DNA of 64,000 bases, taken from an uncultured Myxococcales bacterium (GTDB lineage: Bacteria; Myxococcota_A; UBA9042; DTJE01). The notes beneath the pieces are model-generated. The model made no database searches and was not told the origin of the DNA. It saw only the letters and a list, made by a program, of their open reading frames with translations. Position numbers and translations under genes: made by a program. Position 1 is the stretch's first letter. Each line of letters begins with the position of its first letter. The stretch is taken from contig CALJUR010000108.1 of NCBI GenBank assembly GCA_937975765.1, forward strand, positions 1,574-65,573, read 5' to 3'. Below, in pieces: positions 46,730-56,820 of the stretch.

Positions 46730-47857
46730 ATGCTCGCGTCCATCCTCGCGCTGCTGCTGGCCCTTTCGTCCGTCGCGCTGGCCGTGCCCGTCGTCGCGGG
46801 CTGGCGGCGCGGCGGCCGGGTCGCGGCGCGCACGGTGACCGGGCGGTCCGCGCTGGTGGCGGTGCCGATCCCGCGCGGGGACGAACCGGGGCGGGCGCTG
46901 GCCCGGTCGATCGCGGCGACCGCGCACGACGGGCCGCTGTCGCTGCGGGTGGCGATCCCGGCGGGCGAGGAGGCGGGCGTCCGGTGGGCCGAGGAGGCGC
47001 TCAAGGCGGCGCCGGCCCTGGAGGCGCGGGTGCTGGGCGCGGCCCCGAGCGGGCGCAGCGTGCCGCGGGCCTGCCTGGCCGCGGACGCAGTGGAGGATCC
47101 CGCGGCGGACGTGATCGCGGTGATCGACCCGAGGTCCTGCCCGGCGTCCCGGGACCTGGCCCGGATGCTGGCCTGCCCGCGGGACGGGGACGGTGCCCTG
47201 GCGACGGCGGTGCCGGTGCCGGGCGGGGAGGCGCGGGCCCTCGGGGCGGCCGCGGCGCTGGCGGCGTCGGACCTGGCCCCGCTGGCGGCGGCCGCGTGCG
47301 GCCCGGCGGGCGCGTCCGGCCTGCTGGCGTCAGGCACCCGGACGGCGTGGGAGGCGGCCTCCCGGGACTCGCTCGCCCCGAACCGTCCTTCGCTGGTCCT
47401 GGCGGCGGCGCTGCAGGCGGGGCGGGACGCGGTGCTGGTGCCGGTCCCGGCGGCGGTCGCGGCGGGGCGCGAGGGCCGGGTGCTGGCCGAGTTCGGCAGC
47501 ATGCTGTGGCGGACGGTCCCGGCCCGGACAGCCTGGGTCGCGGCGGCGCTGGCGGCGCTGCCGGGGGCGCTGGCGGTCGCGATCCTCGCGCAGGGGACGG
47601 CGCGCACCGTCGCCTGGGTCGCGGTGCTGCTGGCCTGGACGGCCCGGGTCGCGGCGGCGCTGACGTGGTCCCGACGGGTGCGGGGCGCGGCCGCGGGCTG
47701 GGTGTCCGCGGCGGCGGCCCCGGTGCGCGACGCGGTCGCGCTGGCGCTGCTGCTGGCGTCTCTGGCGGTGCGGCGGGTGGAGTGCGGCGGCCAGCGGTTC
47801 GAGGTGCGCGGCGGCGGTGTGTGGGTGCCCTTCTCGGGCCGGCGCGGCGAGGGTTGA
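46730..47857 (+). CDS. hypothetical Ala-rich membrane-associated protein
   Basis: Best GC3 frame in this interval. N-terminal TM MLASILALLLALSSVALAVPVVAG. No recognisable domain. The competing minus-strand 684-aa ORF is low-complexity junk. Confidence 0.35.
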   Translation: MLASILALLLALSSVALAVPVVAGWRRGGRVAARTVTGRSALVAVPIPRGDEPGRALARSIAATAHDGPLSLRVAIPAGEEAGVRWAEEALKAAPALEARVLGAAPSGRSVPRACLAADAVEDPAADVIAVIDPRSCPASRDLARMLACPRDGDGALATAVPVPGGEARALGAAAALAASDLAPLAAAACGPAGASGLLASGTRTAWEAASRDSLAPNRPSLVLAAALQAGRDAVLVPVPAAVAAGREGRVLAEFGSMLWRTVPARTAWVAAALAALPGALAVAILAQGTARTVAWVAVLLAWTARVAAALTWSRRVRGAAAGWVSAAAAPVRDAVALALLLASLAVRRVECGGQRFEVRGGGVWVPFSGRRGEG

Positions 47858-47890
47858 CGGGGCGTTCCTTCGGACGGAACGGGAGGCGGC

Positions 47891-48970
47891 ATGGACGCGA
47901 CGCGGCAGGCGGTCATCGGGATCGACGGCGGCAATACCAAGACGGCGGCGGTGCTGGTGACGCGGGACGGGCGCCTGGCGGCGCACGCGCGCACCGGGTC
48001 GTCGAACTGGCAGACCTTCGGCGAACAGGGCGCCCGGGACGCGCTGCTGCGGGTGGCGCTGCCGCTGGCCCAGGCGGCCCGGGACCAGGGGCTGACGGTC
48101 GCGGGCTTCGGTTTCGGGCTGACCGGCCATGACCGGCCGCGGGACTTCGAGGTGCTGGAGCGGGTGACCGCGAGCATCGTCGAGCGGGTCGGCGAGGTGG
48201 TCCCGACGCTGCCGCAGGCGCCCCGCACCGTGCTGAACGACGCCTTCCTGGTGCTGCGGGCGGGCACGGACGACGGCGTCGGGCTGGCGGTGTCCTCGGG
48301 CACCGGCGGCAACACCGTGGGCATGGGCCGGGACGGTCGGCGGCTGCAACTGGGCGGCTACACCTACGAACTGGGCGACGGGGGCGGCGCGGGCGAGATC
48401 GCGCTGATGGGGCTGCGGGCCGCGGGGCTGGCCCGGGACGGCCGCGGCTGGCGCACCCTGATCACCGACCTCGTGCTGGCGGCGACCGGCCTGTCCGCGA
48501 TCGAGGACGTGATGGACTTCGCGATCCCCGGCGCGCTGCCGCCGCCGGAAGACCCCGAAGCACATCCGCCGCGCCTGGCGGACATGGCGCCGCTGGTCTT
48601 CGAGGCGGCCCGGCAGGGCGACATCGTGGCCCGCCGCGTGCTGGAGGACGTCGGGGCCAGCCTGGGCCGGCAGGCGGTCGCGGCCGCGCACCGGCTGTTC
48701 GCGCGGGACGACGCCTTCCCTCTGGTGCTGGGCGGAACGGTACTGATGAAGGCGGCCGTGGACAACTTCGCCCGGGCCATCGTGCTGGAGGTGCAGGCCT
48801 CGTTCCCGAACGCGGCCCCGACGATGCTGGAGTTCCACCCGGCGCTGGGCGCGGCGCTGCTGGCCCTGGACGGCGTGGCCGCGCGGCCCGACGGCGAGAA
48901 CCTGCACCGCGCCCTGGCCGACGGCACGCTGCGACGTGCGATGGGGCCCCAGGTCAACGACCGGTTCTGA
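47891..48970 (+). CDS. BadF/BadG/BcrA/BcrD-type ATPase (N-acetylglucosamine kinase-like)
   Basis: N-terminal IGIDGGNTKT phosphate-1 motif. ASKHA fold. GGGAGG RBS. Confidence 0.7.
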   Translation: MDATRQAVIGIDGGNTKTAAVLVTRDGRLAAHARTGSSNWQTFGEQGARDALLRVALPLAQAARDQGLTVAGFGFGLTGHDRPRDFEVLERVTASIVERVGEVVPTLPQAPRTVLNDAFLVLRAGTDDGVGLAVSSGTGGNTVGMGRDGRRLQLGGYTYELGDGGGAGEIALMGLRAAGLARDGRGWRTLITDLVLAATGLSAIEDVMDFAIPGALPPPEDPEAHPPRLADMAPLVFEAARQGDIVARRVLEDVGASLGRQAVAAAHRLFARDDAFPLVLGGTVLMKAAVDNFARAIVLEVQASFPNAAPTMLEFHPALGAALLALDGVAARPDGENLHRALADGTLRRAMGPQVNDRF

Positions 48971-49076
48971 CGGGGAACGGCCAGGCACGCCCGGGGGTCG
49001 AGGTCCGGTCGCCGGCAGGTGCGGCCCGTTGCCCCCGGACACGCCCCTCTGCGACGCATCCCCCGGTGCCTCTCGC

Positions 49077-50786
49077 CTACGGCGCCTCCCCCTTCCACCG
49101 AGCCAGCGTCGCGGCGTCGTGGCAGCGCATCGGCAGCGTCAGCTCCGCGCCCAGGATCGCGGCCGGCAGGTCCAGGTCGCCTTCGGCCTCGCCGTCGCCG
49201 GTCCGGCAGGCCATCGCCACCTGCAGCGCGAACGCGGGGTTCGTCGAGATGGCGTAGCCGTCCGCCTTCGCCTGCGCCAGCAGTTCCAGCCGGGGCGACC
49301 GCTGCACGGCCATCCACGCGGGCATGAAGACCGCCGCGTCCACGCGCGGCCCCGGGTCCCCGCCGTCGCCGGGACGCGGGGTGTTCAGCCCCATCAGGTC
49401 CACGGTGTGCCGCCGCCCGAAGTACCGGACCGCACCCGCGTCGGTGGACGCGACCACGCCGTCCGGCGGCAGGCTCCGGTCCAGCAGGCGCCCCAGCCGC
49501 ACCTGCACGTCGCTGATGTTCCGGCACCAGGCCGCGTGCCGCAGCGCCCACCCCGGCAGCCCGGCCGCCGCCATCGCCCCCGTGAACGCGGCCAGCGCGC
49601 CCGCCAGCACCACGGGAACCCAGGGCGGCATCCGGCGGCGCGACGGGACGCGGGGCTTCCCCGCGAGCCCGGTCGCCTCGCCGTCCTGCCGGGCTCCCGG
49701 CGGAACCGGCGACGCGTCGCTCGCACCCGGAGGCGCCCCCGCCACCCACACCGCCACCGGCAGCACCGCGCCCACCCACAGCAGCGGCACCGCCGGCAGC
49801 AGGTATCGCAGGAAGTAGAACGACTCGGCGTCCAGCGGCGCCACCATCGCCACGCTGGCCGCGGCGTGCGCGCCCCCCGCCGCCAGTGCCAGGCCCGTGC
49901 CCCGCGGCAGCCGCCGGCGCGCGACGACCCCCGCCGCCAGCGCCAGCACGAAGGCGGCCGGCAGCAGCGGCGGCTCGGCCAGCAGCATGCCCGCCCCGGT
50001 CGCCAGCCGGTCCAGCAGCGGCAGGATCTCGCCCGCGTTGACCTTGCGGTAGAAGGTCGCCGTCAGCGGCCTTCCCGTGGCCCACAGGTTCCACTCGACG
50101 AACGCGCCGCCCAGCAGGACCATCGGCAGCAGCATCCGCAGCACGTCGCCGGCCCGCCCCTTCCCGCGCGCGGCGCGCACCCCGGCGTCCGCCACGAACA
50201 GCGCGCCCGCCAGGCCCAGTTCCGGCCGCGCCAGCCCCGCCAGCCCCAGGAACAGCCCCGTCGTCCACGCGCGGTCGGCCAGGTGCCGATCCAGCGCCGC
50301 CGCCAGCAGCGCGCAGGCCAGCGGCACCTCCATCCCCGACACCGCCGCGACCGCCAGCGGCGGGCATGCGCCCAGCAGCAGCCCCGCGACCCCCGCGACC
50401 GCCCTCGACCCCGACGCCCGCAGCACGATCCGCGCGACCAGCGCCGCGGCCAGCGCGTGCAGCAGCAGGCCCAGGCCGCGCGTCCACGCCAGCACGGCCC
50501 CGCTCCCGGACGCCAGCAGGTGGATCCCCCCCAGCAGGTACGCCCACAGCGGCGACGTGGCGCCGGTGGACGGGACGCCGTCGTTGAACGCCAGCATCCC
50601 GCCCGCGGCCACGGCCCGCCCGTATACCTGGTGGATCCACGCGTCGTCCAGCGGCAGCCCGCCCCGCGCGTCCGCCCCCCCGGCCAGCAGCACGAACCAC
50701 CCGCAGGCCGCCGCGCCCAGGCCGACGCCCAGGCACGGCAACCACGCCCCGCCCCACGCTCGCCCCGGTCGATCCCGCCCCCGCAT
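49077..50786 (-). CDS. polytopic membrane protein, possibly GT-C type glycosyltransferase (ArnT/PMT-like)
   Basis: More than 10 predicted TM helices across 569 aa. GGAGGCGAGG RBS. Confidence 0.45.
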   Translation of the reverse strand: MRGRDRPGRAWGGAWLPCLGVGLGAAACGWFVLLAGGADARGGLPLDDAWIHQVYGRAVAAGGMLAFNDGVPSTGATSPLWAYLLGGIHLLASGSGAVLAWTRGLGLLLHALAAALVARIVLRASGSRAVAGVAGLLLGACPPLAVAAVSGMEVPLACALLAAALDRHLADRAWTTGLFLGLAGLARPELGLAGALFVADAGVRAARGKGRAGDVLRMLLPMVLLGGAFVEWNLWATGRPLTATFYRKVNAGEILPLLDRLATGAGMLLAEPPLLPAAFVLALAAGVVARRRLPRGTGLALAAGGAHAAASVAMVAPLDAESFYFLRYLLPAVPLLWVGAVLPVAVWVAGAPPGASDASPVPPGARQDGEATGLAGKPRVPSRRRMPPWVPVVLAGALAAFTGAMAAAGLPGWALRHAAWCRNISDVQVRLGRLLDRSLPPDGVVASTDAGAVRYFGRRHTVDLMGLNTPRPGDGGDPGPRVDAAVFMPAWMAVQRSPRLELLAQAKADGYAISTNPAFALQVAMACRTGDGEAEGDLDLPAAILGAELTLPMRCHDAATLARWKGEAP

Positions 50787-50853
50787 CCTCGCCTCCGGAC
50801 TCCCTCGGGAAGCCGCCAGGCCGCATTATCGGTCGTCCGGGCGAATCCTCTCC

Positions 50854-52677
50854 CTACCGCGCCAGGCATCCACCCGCCGCGATCCGCGTCGCCAGTTCCC
50901 TCGCATCCGGGAAGGCGCGCGCGGCGTCGGCGGCCACCTTCGCCTCGTCGCAGCGGCCCAGGCAGGCCAGCGCGACCGCGTGGAAGTACCCGAACATCGG
51001 CACGTCCGGACGCGATGCCGAAAGGTCCCCCAGCGCCGTCGCCGCGCCCGTGCACGCCGCCGGGTCGGACGGCCGCCGCAACGCGTCCGCCGGCGCCCAG
51101 GATAGCCCCGCCCGCCGCAGGCCCAGCAGCCCCGCCACCAGCCCCGTCGTCTCGGCGCCCCGGCCCGTCGCCCGCACCCGATCCGCCTCGACCGCCGCCT
51201 TCCCCGCGCCCTCTTCGTCCAGGTCGAACAGGTACCTCGGGTCCGTCCCCGCCCGCAGCACGTCGAACGCCGCGAGGTCCGGCCGCGCCGCCGCCGGTAC
51301 CCACACCGCGTACCGGTCGTCCAGCCACGCCATCCGGAACGCCGGGTCCTTGCGCAGCCCCTCGATCAGCCCCGGGAACGACGCGTCCTGCCGGTCCGCC
51401 ATCACGGTCGCGAACCCGTACCGCGCATGCAGCGCCAGGAACCCCTCGTACGTCTCCAGCGCCTTCAGGTACGCGTCCAGCGCCCCCGCGTCGTGGATGT
51501 AGATCCGCCCGTCGATGAACGGCTGGGCCACCGGCAGGCCCGCGAACGCCACGTACCCGCCCGCGTTGAACGGGTGGAACATCCGCCCGGCGAGGCCCGC
51601 CTCCCGCACGAACGCGACCGCCTCCTGCGGCTCCTCGGCGTAGGACACGCCGCCCCACCCGGACACCCCCGGCGGCACCACCGCCACCGCGGCCAGCAGC
51701 GCCGCCCCCGCGCCGCCCGCCAGCAGCGGCCGCCGCAGCGCGCCGACGCCGCGAAGGTGCGCCGCCAGCACCGGCACCGCCCCGACCATCAGCCCCGGCA
51801 CGAACTTCTCGGCCGACAGCGCCGGCGCCAGGAACGCCAGCAGCAGCACCATCTCGTCCACCGCCGCGCGACGCCCCCGCGCCAGGAACCCGGCCACCGC
51901 CCCGCCCGCCAGCAGCACGAAGCACGCGTCCCGGGCCAGGTCCTGCCCGAACGGCCACGGCGCCCACTCGCTCAACACGCGGTACACCGGCGCCCGGTGG
52001 TGCGCGACGGTCAGGTACAGCACCGGCCCCCACGGGTTCAGCAGCGTCGATGCCGCCACGATCCCCGCCGCGATCGCCCAGCCCGCCCGGTCCCGCCGCG
52101 TCTCGCCCGTCCCGGGCCGCAGCACCCGCAACCCCGCCAGCACCGGCGCCATCGGGAACGACCCGTGCACGTTCGCCCACAGCGCCGCCACCGCCCCCAT
52201 CGCCAGCATCCGGGCCCAGCCCGGCCGCCCCCGCGCCCACAGCAGGTGCACGAAGACCAGCGCCAGCACGTACGCCGGCACGTGCGGCCGCACGTCCAGC
52301 CACGGCCGCACCACCGGCAGCGCCAGCATCACCGCCAGCACCGCCGGCACCGCGCCCGCCCCCAGCCGCATCGCCAGCGCCGCCGACAACCCCGCCAGCA
52401 GCGCCGCCAGCAGCATCCGCAACCCCGTCCAACCCGCCGTGCCCGCCGCCTGGTGCAGTTCCCACAGCCCCAGGTCGTACAGCCACTCGTGGTTCGTGAA
52501 CGGCCGGCCCTCCGACACCGCGCAGACCGATTCCGTCGCCGGGATCCCTCCCAGTTCCTCCATCTGCCGGCCCAGCGCCAGGTGGAACCACACGTCCGGG
52601 TCCGCCGACGGGTACGCCGCCGCCGCGCCTCCCAGCAGCGCCGACACCCCGATCGCAACCGCCCATCGCCGGTCCAT
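50854..52677 (-). CDS. polytopic membrane protein with C-terminal soluble (TPR-like) domain
   Basis: ATG 52675-52677 (MDRRWAVAIGVSALLGGAAAAYP) with GGAGGGGG RBS. The track's 84-aa upstream extension is unlikely. Confidence 0.45.
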   Translation of the reverse strand: MDRRWAVAIGVSALLGGAAAAYPSADPDVWFHLALGRQMEELGGIPATESVCAVSEGRPFTNHEWLYDLGLWELHQAAGTAGWTGLRMLLAALLAGLSAALAMRLGAGAVPAVLAVMLALPVVRPWLDVRPHVPAYVLALVFVHLLWARGRPGWARMLAMGAVAALWANVHGSFPMAPVLAGLRVLRPGTGETRRDRAGWAIAAGIVAASTLLNPWGPVLYLTVAHHRAPVYRVLSEWAPWPFGQDLARDACFVLLAGGAVAGFLARGRRAAVDEMVLLLAFLAPALSAEKFVPGLMVGAVPVLAAHLRGVGALRRPLLAGGAGAALLAAVAVVPPGVSGWGGVSYAEEPQEAVAFVREAGLAGRMFHPFNAGGYVAFAGLPVAQPFIDGRIYIHDAGALDAYLKALETYEGFLALHARYGFATVMADRQDASFPGLIEGLRKDPAFRMAWLDDRYAVWVPAAARPDLAAFDVLRAGTDPRYLFDLDEEGAGKAAVEADRVRATGRGAETTGLVAGLLGLRRAGLSWAPADALRRPSDPAACTGAATALGDLSASRPDVPMFGYFHAVALACLGRCDEAKVAADAARAFPDARELATRIAAGGCLAR

Positions 52678-52777
52678 TCCCCCTCCGGAAATCCCCGTCC
52701 GCAAAGCCCGTACTGGCCGCGAGGTATGATACCATCCTCCCCGCGCCGGCACGCCGCCGGCACGGGATGACAGGACG

Positions 52778-53767
52778 ATGTCGACGACCCGGCTGGCCGA
52801 GAAAAGTCCCCTGGTGCGATATGTGTTCCCCTGGGTGCGCTCCGCCCGGGCGTTGCTGACCACCGCGATCCTGCTGGCGGTCGTCGCGGTCGGGTGGTTC
52901 GCCACCCGCGCCGGCTTCGTCGCCGTCACCTACGCCGCGCTGAACCCCGTTCGCGACGCCGGCCTGTGGCAGCGCATCGGCGAGGGCACCGCCACGCCGC
53001 AGGAACTGGAATCCTCCCGCGCGCTGGGCTCGCCGCTGGCCGCCGAGACGCTGTACCTGCCGCCCCCCGTCGTGCTGCGGTTCTTCTCGCTGGGGCACCC
53101 CGCCGCCCTGGCCGACCTGCTGTTCGTGCGGGCGCACGCCTACTTCCTGTCGCACTTCTTCGTGGACCGGCGCTTCGAGTGGCTGGACGTCTACATGGAC
53201 TCCATCACCGCGCTGGACCCCGACAACCCCCGCGTGTACCAGTGGGCCGCCCAGACGCTGCGGCTGGGCCAGATGATCAACGACGAGGTCGTCGCGCACG
53301 CCAACCGCTTCCTGGAGGCCGGCCTGGCCCGCTTCCCGGACGACTGGCGCCTGAACATGGACCTGGGCTTCAACCTGTACTTCGAGATGAAGGGCCAGGA
53401 CGACGCCGAGAAGGCCGCCTACCAGTTGAAGGCGCGCGACTGCTTCGTGAAGGCCGCGGGCCAGCCCGGGTCCCCGATCGACCCGAACTTCCTGGCCCAG
53501 TTGTTCGACGACCGGGACCAGGGCGCGCTGGCCATCCACTACGCGCTGCAGAAGTACTACGAGTCCAACGCCGAGCAGCGCACGCAGCTGCTGCGGCGCA
53601 TCGGCGTGCTGTCCGAGGTGATGGCGAACGGGCTGAAGGACGAGGAAGCACGCTGGCGGGCCGACTGGTCCTTCGTGCCGGTGTCGCTGTTCTCGCTGCT
53701 GGACGAGGGCAGCCGCCGCGAGGCGTCCCTCGCGAAGCCCCAGGCGAAGGCGGGAGGGACCCCTTGA
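52778..53767 (+). CDS. hypothetical protein with N-terminal TM and helical-repeat (TPR-like) domain
   Basis: GC3-rich frame. First gene of a plus-strand operon. Confidence 0.5.
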   Translation: MSTTRLAEKSPLVRYVFPWVRSARALLTTAILLAVVAVGWFATRAGFVAVTYAALNPVRDAGLWQRIGEGTATPQELESSRALGSPLAAETLYLPPPVVLRFFSLGHPAALADLLFVRAHAYFLSHFFVDRRFEWLDVYMDSITALDPDNPRVYQWAAQTLRLGQMINDEVVAHANRFLEAGLARFPDDWRLNMDLGFNLYFEMKGQDDAEKAAYQLKARDCFVKAAGQPGSPIDPNFLAQLFDDRDQGALAIHYALQKYYESNAEQRTQLLRRIGVLSEVMANGLKDEEARWRADWSFVPVSLFSLLDEGSRREASLAKPQAKAGGTP

Positions 53768-54723
53768 GCGGAAGCGGACGGATCCTGGTCACGGGCGGCG
53801 CGGGCTTCATCGGGTCGTCGCTGGCGGCGCGGCTGCTGGAAACGCGCGACTGCGAGATCGTGCTGCTGGACAACCTGCACCGGAACGCGCTGGCCGGCAG
53901 CCCGCTGCTGGATTCGCCGCGCGTGCGCCTGGTGCAGTGCGACGTGCTGGACCGCGAGGCCGTCCGGCAGGCCGTGAAGGGGGCGACCGAGGTCGTGCAC
54001 ATGGCCGCCATCGCCGGCGTGGACACCGTGATGCGGTCGCCGGTGCTGACGATGCAGGTCGCGCTGCACGGCACGCTGAACGTGCTGGAGGCGGCCTTCG
54101 AGGAAGGGAAGTGCCGGCGATTCGTGGACTTCTCGACGTCGGAGGTCTTCGGCCGATACGCCTACAAGGTCAGCGAGGGCGACGCGAACCAGCTGGGCGC
54201 GGTCGGCGAGGCGCGCTGGACCTACGCGGTCAGCAAGCTGGCCACCGAGCACCTGGCGCTGTCCTACCACCGGCAGCACGGCTTTCCGGCGTGCTCGATC
54301 CGGCCGTTCAACATCTACGGCGCGAACCAGGTCGGCGAGGGCGCCATCCACCACTTCATCGTGAAGGCGCTGGCCGGCGACGTGCTGCGCGTGCACAACG
54401 ACGGGGCGCAGATCCGGTCGTGGTGCTACATCGACGACATCGTGGACGGCATCCTGCTGGTGCTGGACAGGGACCAGGCGGTGGGCGAGGCCTTCAACAT
54501 CGGCAACCCCCGCAGCACGCTGACCATCTACAACCTGGCCCGCGAGGTCGTCCGGCTGGCGCAGTCGCCGTCGCGCATCGAGATGATCGAGTGGCCCTTC
54601 GCGGACGTCGAGCTGCGCATCCCGGACATCGGCAAGGCGCGGCGCCTGCTGGGGTACGAACCGAAGATCGACCTGGAGGAGGGCCTGCAAAGGACCATCG
54701 CCGGGTACCGGAGCCGCCTGTGA
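53764..54723 (+). CDS. NAD-dependent epimerase/dehydratase (UDP-sugar 4-epimerase/dehydratase-like)
   Basis: ILVTGGAGFIGS Rossmann motif and YAVSK catalytic YxxxK. TTG start overlapping the previous stop (TTGA). Start uncertain. Confidence 0.7.
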   Translation: MSGSGRILVTGGAGFIGSSLAARLLETRDCEIVLLDNLHRNALAGSPLLDSPRVRLVQCDVLDREAVRQAVKGATEVVHMAAIAGVDTVMRSPVLTMQVALHGTLNVLEAAFEEGKCRRFVDFSTSEVFGRYAYKVSEGDANQLGAVGEARWTYAVSKLATEHLALSYHRQHGFPACSIRPFNIYGANQVGEGAIHHFIVKALAGDVLRVHNDGAQIRSWCYIDDIVDGILLVLDRDQAVGEAFNIGNPRSTLTIYNLAREVVRLAQSPSRIEMIEWPFADVELRIPDIGKARRLLGYEPKIDLEEGLQRTIAGYRSRL

Positions 54724-55835
54724 TGGAAGACGACCGGACGATCCCGCTGGCACGCCCGTATGTCGGGTCCGAGGAACTGGACGCCGTGCGCCGCGTGCTG
54801 GCGTCGCGGCACCTGGCGCAGGGTCCGGAAACGGCCGCGCTGGAGGCCGAGGTGTCCGCGATGCTGGACGGGACGGGCGTGATCGCCGTCTCTTCCGGCG
54901 GGGCGGCCCTGCTGCTGGCGATGGAGGCGCTGGACGTCGGGCCGGGCCGCGAGGTCGTGGTGCCGTCCTTCGCCTTCCCGGCGGCGGCGCAAGCGGCGTT
55001 CTTCCTGGGGGCCGTGGCGGTGCCGGCCGACGTGGACGAGGCGACGATGGCCGTGACGCCGGAAACGGTCGCGCGGGCGCTGTCGGAGCGCACGCGGGCG
55101 GTCGTCGTCGTGCACCCGTTCGGGATCCCCGCGGACATCGAGGGGATCGTCGCGCTGTGCCGGGCCCGCGGCGTCGCGACGATCGAGGACGCGGCCTGCT
55201 CGCTGGGCGGGCGGACCTGGACGGGCTCGCCTTCCGGCACGGTGGGCGACATCGGCTGCTACTCGATGCACCCGCGCAAGCCCGCCACGGCGGGCGAGGG
55301 CGGGCTGCTGGCGACCCGGGACCCGGACGTCGGCATGCAGCTGAAGCGGCTGCGCGACTACGGTCGCACCGGGGCAGGGGCCGGCGACGTCTTCGGCGAG
55401 GTCGGCCTGAACTTCCGGATGGGCGACGTGCCCGCGGCGATCGGGCGGGTGCAGGTGGGACGGCTGGCGGCGTCGATCCGCGTGCGATCCATGCTGGCGG
55501 AGCGCTACCGCAAGCGCCTGGCGGGGAAGAACGGCGTGCGGATCCCGGGGGGGTACGACCGGCCCGGGCAGACGTGGCAGTCGATGGTGGTGCGACTGGA
55601 CCGGCCCGCGGACCCGGTGCGGCGGGCGCTTCTCGACGACGGCGTCCAGGCGGGCGTGACGGCCCACGCGCTGACGCAGCAGGCCTTCTGGCGGCAGCGG
55701 TGCCCGGACGGGCCCTCCTGCCCCGTCGGCGAGGCGCTGGCGGCGACAACGCTGGCCCTGCCCCTCTTCGACGAGATGACCGGCTCGCAGGTGGACCGGG
55801 TCGCTGATCGCCTGGCCGCGCGGCTGGCCGGGTGA
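54723..55835 (+). CDS. DegT/DnrJ/EryC1/StrS family PLP-dependent sugar aminotransferase
   Basis: Fold-type I aminotransferase with an ArnB-like N-terminus PLARPYVGSEELDAVRRVLASRHLAQGPE. ATG overlaps the previous TGA. Confidence 0.8.
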   Translation: MEDDRTIPLARPYVGSEELDAVRRVLASRHLAQGPETAALEAEVSAMLDGTGVIAVSSGGAALLLAMEALDVGPGREVVVPSFAFPAAAQAAFFLGAVAVPADVDEATMAVTPETVARALSERTRAVVVVHPFGIPADIEGIVALCRARGVATIEDAACSLGGRTWTGSPSGTVGDIGCYSMHPRKPATAGEGGLLATRDPDVGMQLKRLRDYGRTGAGAGDVFGEVGLNFRMGDVPAAIGRVQVGRLAASIRVRSMLAERYRKRLAGKNGVRIPGGYDRPGQTWQSMVVRLDRPADPVRRALLDDGVQAGVTAHALTQQAFWRQRCPDGPSCPVGEALAATTLALPLFDEMTGSQVDRVADRLAARLAG

Positions 55836-55872
55836 AGACGCGTTCGGGGCGGGGACGCCCCGGGGAGGCTCC

Positions 55873-56820
55873 ATGGACGACGTGATCGCCGTGGAGGGCC
55901 TGAGGAAGGTCTTCCGCACCCCCTTCCGGCGGCGCCGGGTCGAGGCCGTCAAGGGCGTCACCTTCCAGGTGCGCCGCGGCGAGATCTTCGGCTTCCTGGG
56001 CCCCAACGGCGCCGGCAAGACCACCACGCTGAAGATGCTGGTGGGCCTGATCCGCCCGACGTCGGGCCGCGCGCGGGTGCTGGGCGGCGATCCCGGCACG
56101 CTGGAGGTGATGGCCCGGGTCGGCTTCCTGCCGGAACAGCCCTACTTCTACGACTACCTGACGCCCGGCGAGCTGCTGGACGTGTTCGGGCAGGTGTTCG
56201 GGCTGCCGCGCGCGCTGCGGCGCCAGCGCATCGACAGCCTGCTGGACCTGGTGGGCCTGGGGGATGCCAAGGGGCGCGTGCTGCGCAAGTTCAGCAAGGG
56301 CATGCTGCAGCGCGTCGGCATCGCGCAGGCGCTGCTGAACGACCCCGAACTGGTCCTGCTGGACGAGCCGATGTCCGGCCTGGACCCGGTCGGGCGCAAG
56401 GAGATCATCGACCTGATGGCGCGGCTGAAGGACCAGGGCAAGACGGTCTTCTTCAGCAGCCACATCCTGGCCGACATCGAGCGCCTGTGCGACCGCGTGG
56501 TCATCCTGCACAAGGGCGAGGTGAAGCACGCGGGAACGCTGAAGGAACTGCTGACCCAGGGCGAGCGCAAGGAGATCCTGGTGGCCGGCGAGCTGCCCGA
56601 CGGGCTGTCGGGGCGTCCGGGCCTGCTGGCCACGGACCGGGTCGGGCCGGGCGTGACCCGGCTGGCGGTGGAATCGGCCGCGGCGGACGCGATGCTGCGG
56701 GCGTTGCTGGACGCGCGGCTGGAGGTGCTGCAGGTCGCGGATCGCGGCATCACGCTGGAGGAACTGTTCGTGAAGACGGCCGGCAGCGGGCCGGTGGGCG
56801 CGCGGGAGGTGGCGGGATGA
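55873..56820 (+). CDS. ABC transporter ATP-binding protein
   Basis: Walker A GPNGAGKTT. Signature FSKGMLQRVGIA. Walker B LVLLDEPMSGLD. Confidence 0.85.
   Translation: MDDVIAVEGLRKVFRTPFRRRRVEAVKGVTFQVRRGEIFGFLGPNGAGKTTTLKMLVGLIRPTSGRARVLGGDPGTLEVMARVGFLPEQPYFYDYLTPGELLDVFGQVFGLPRALRRQRIDSLLDLVGLGDAKGRVLRKFSKGMLQRVGIAQALLNDPELVLLDEPMSGLDPVGRKEIIDLMARLKDQGKTVFFSSHILADIERLCDRVVILHKGEVKHAGTLKELLTQGERKEILVAGELPDGLSGRPGLLATDRVGPGVTRLAVESAAADAMLRALLDARLEVLQVADRGITLEELFVKTAGSGPVGAREVAG

Noticed and set aside
46984-48132. 382-aa Gly/Arg-rich plus ORF and 684-aa minus ORF (46270..48324) overlapping the Ala-rich hypothetical and kinase genes
   Set aside because: Low-complexity translations with no motifs. 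They conflict with the kinase gene, which has a clear ASKHA N-terminal motif and RBS.
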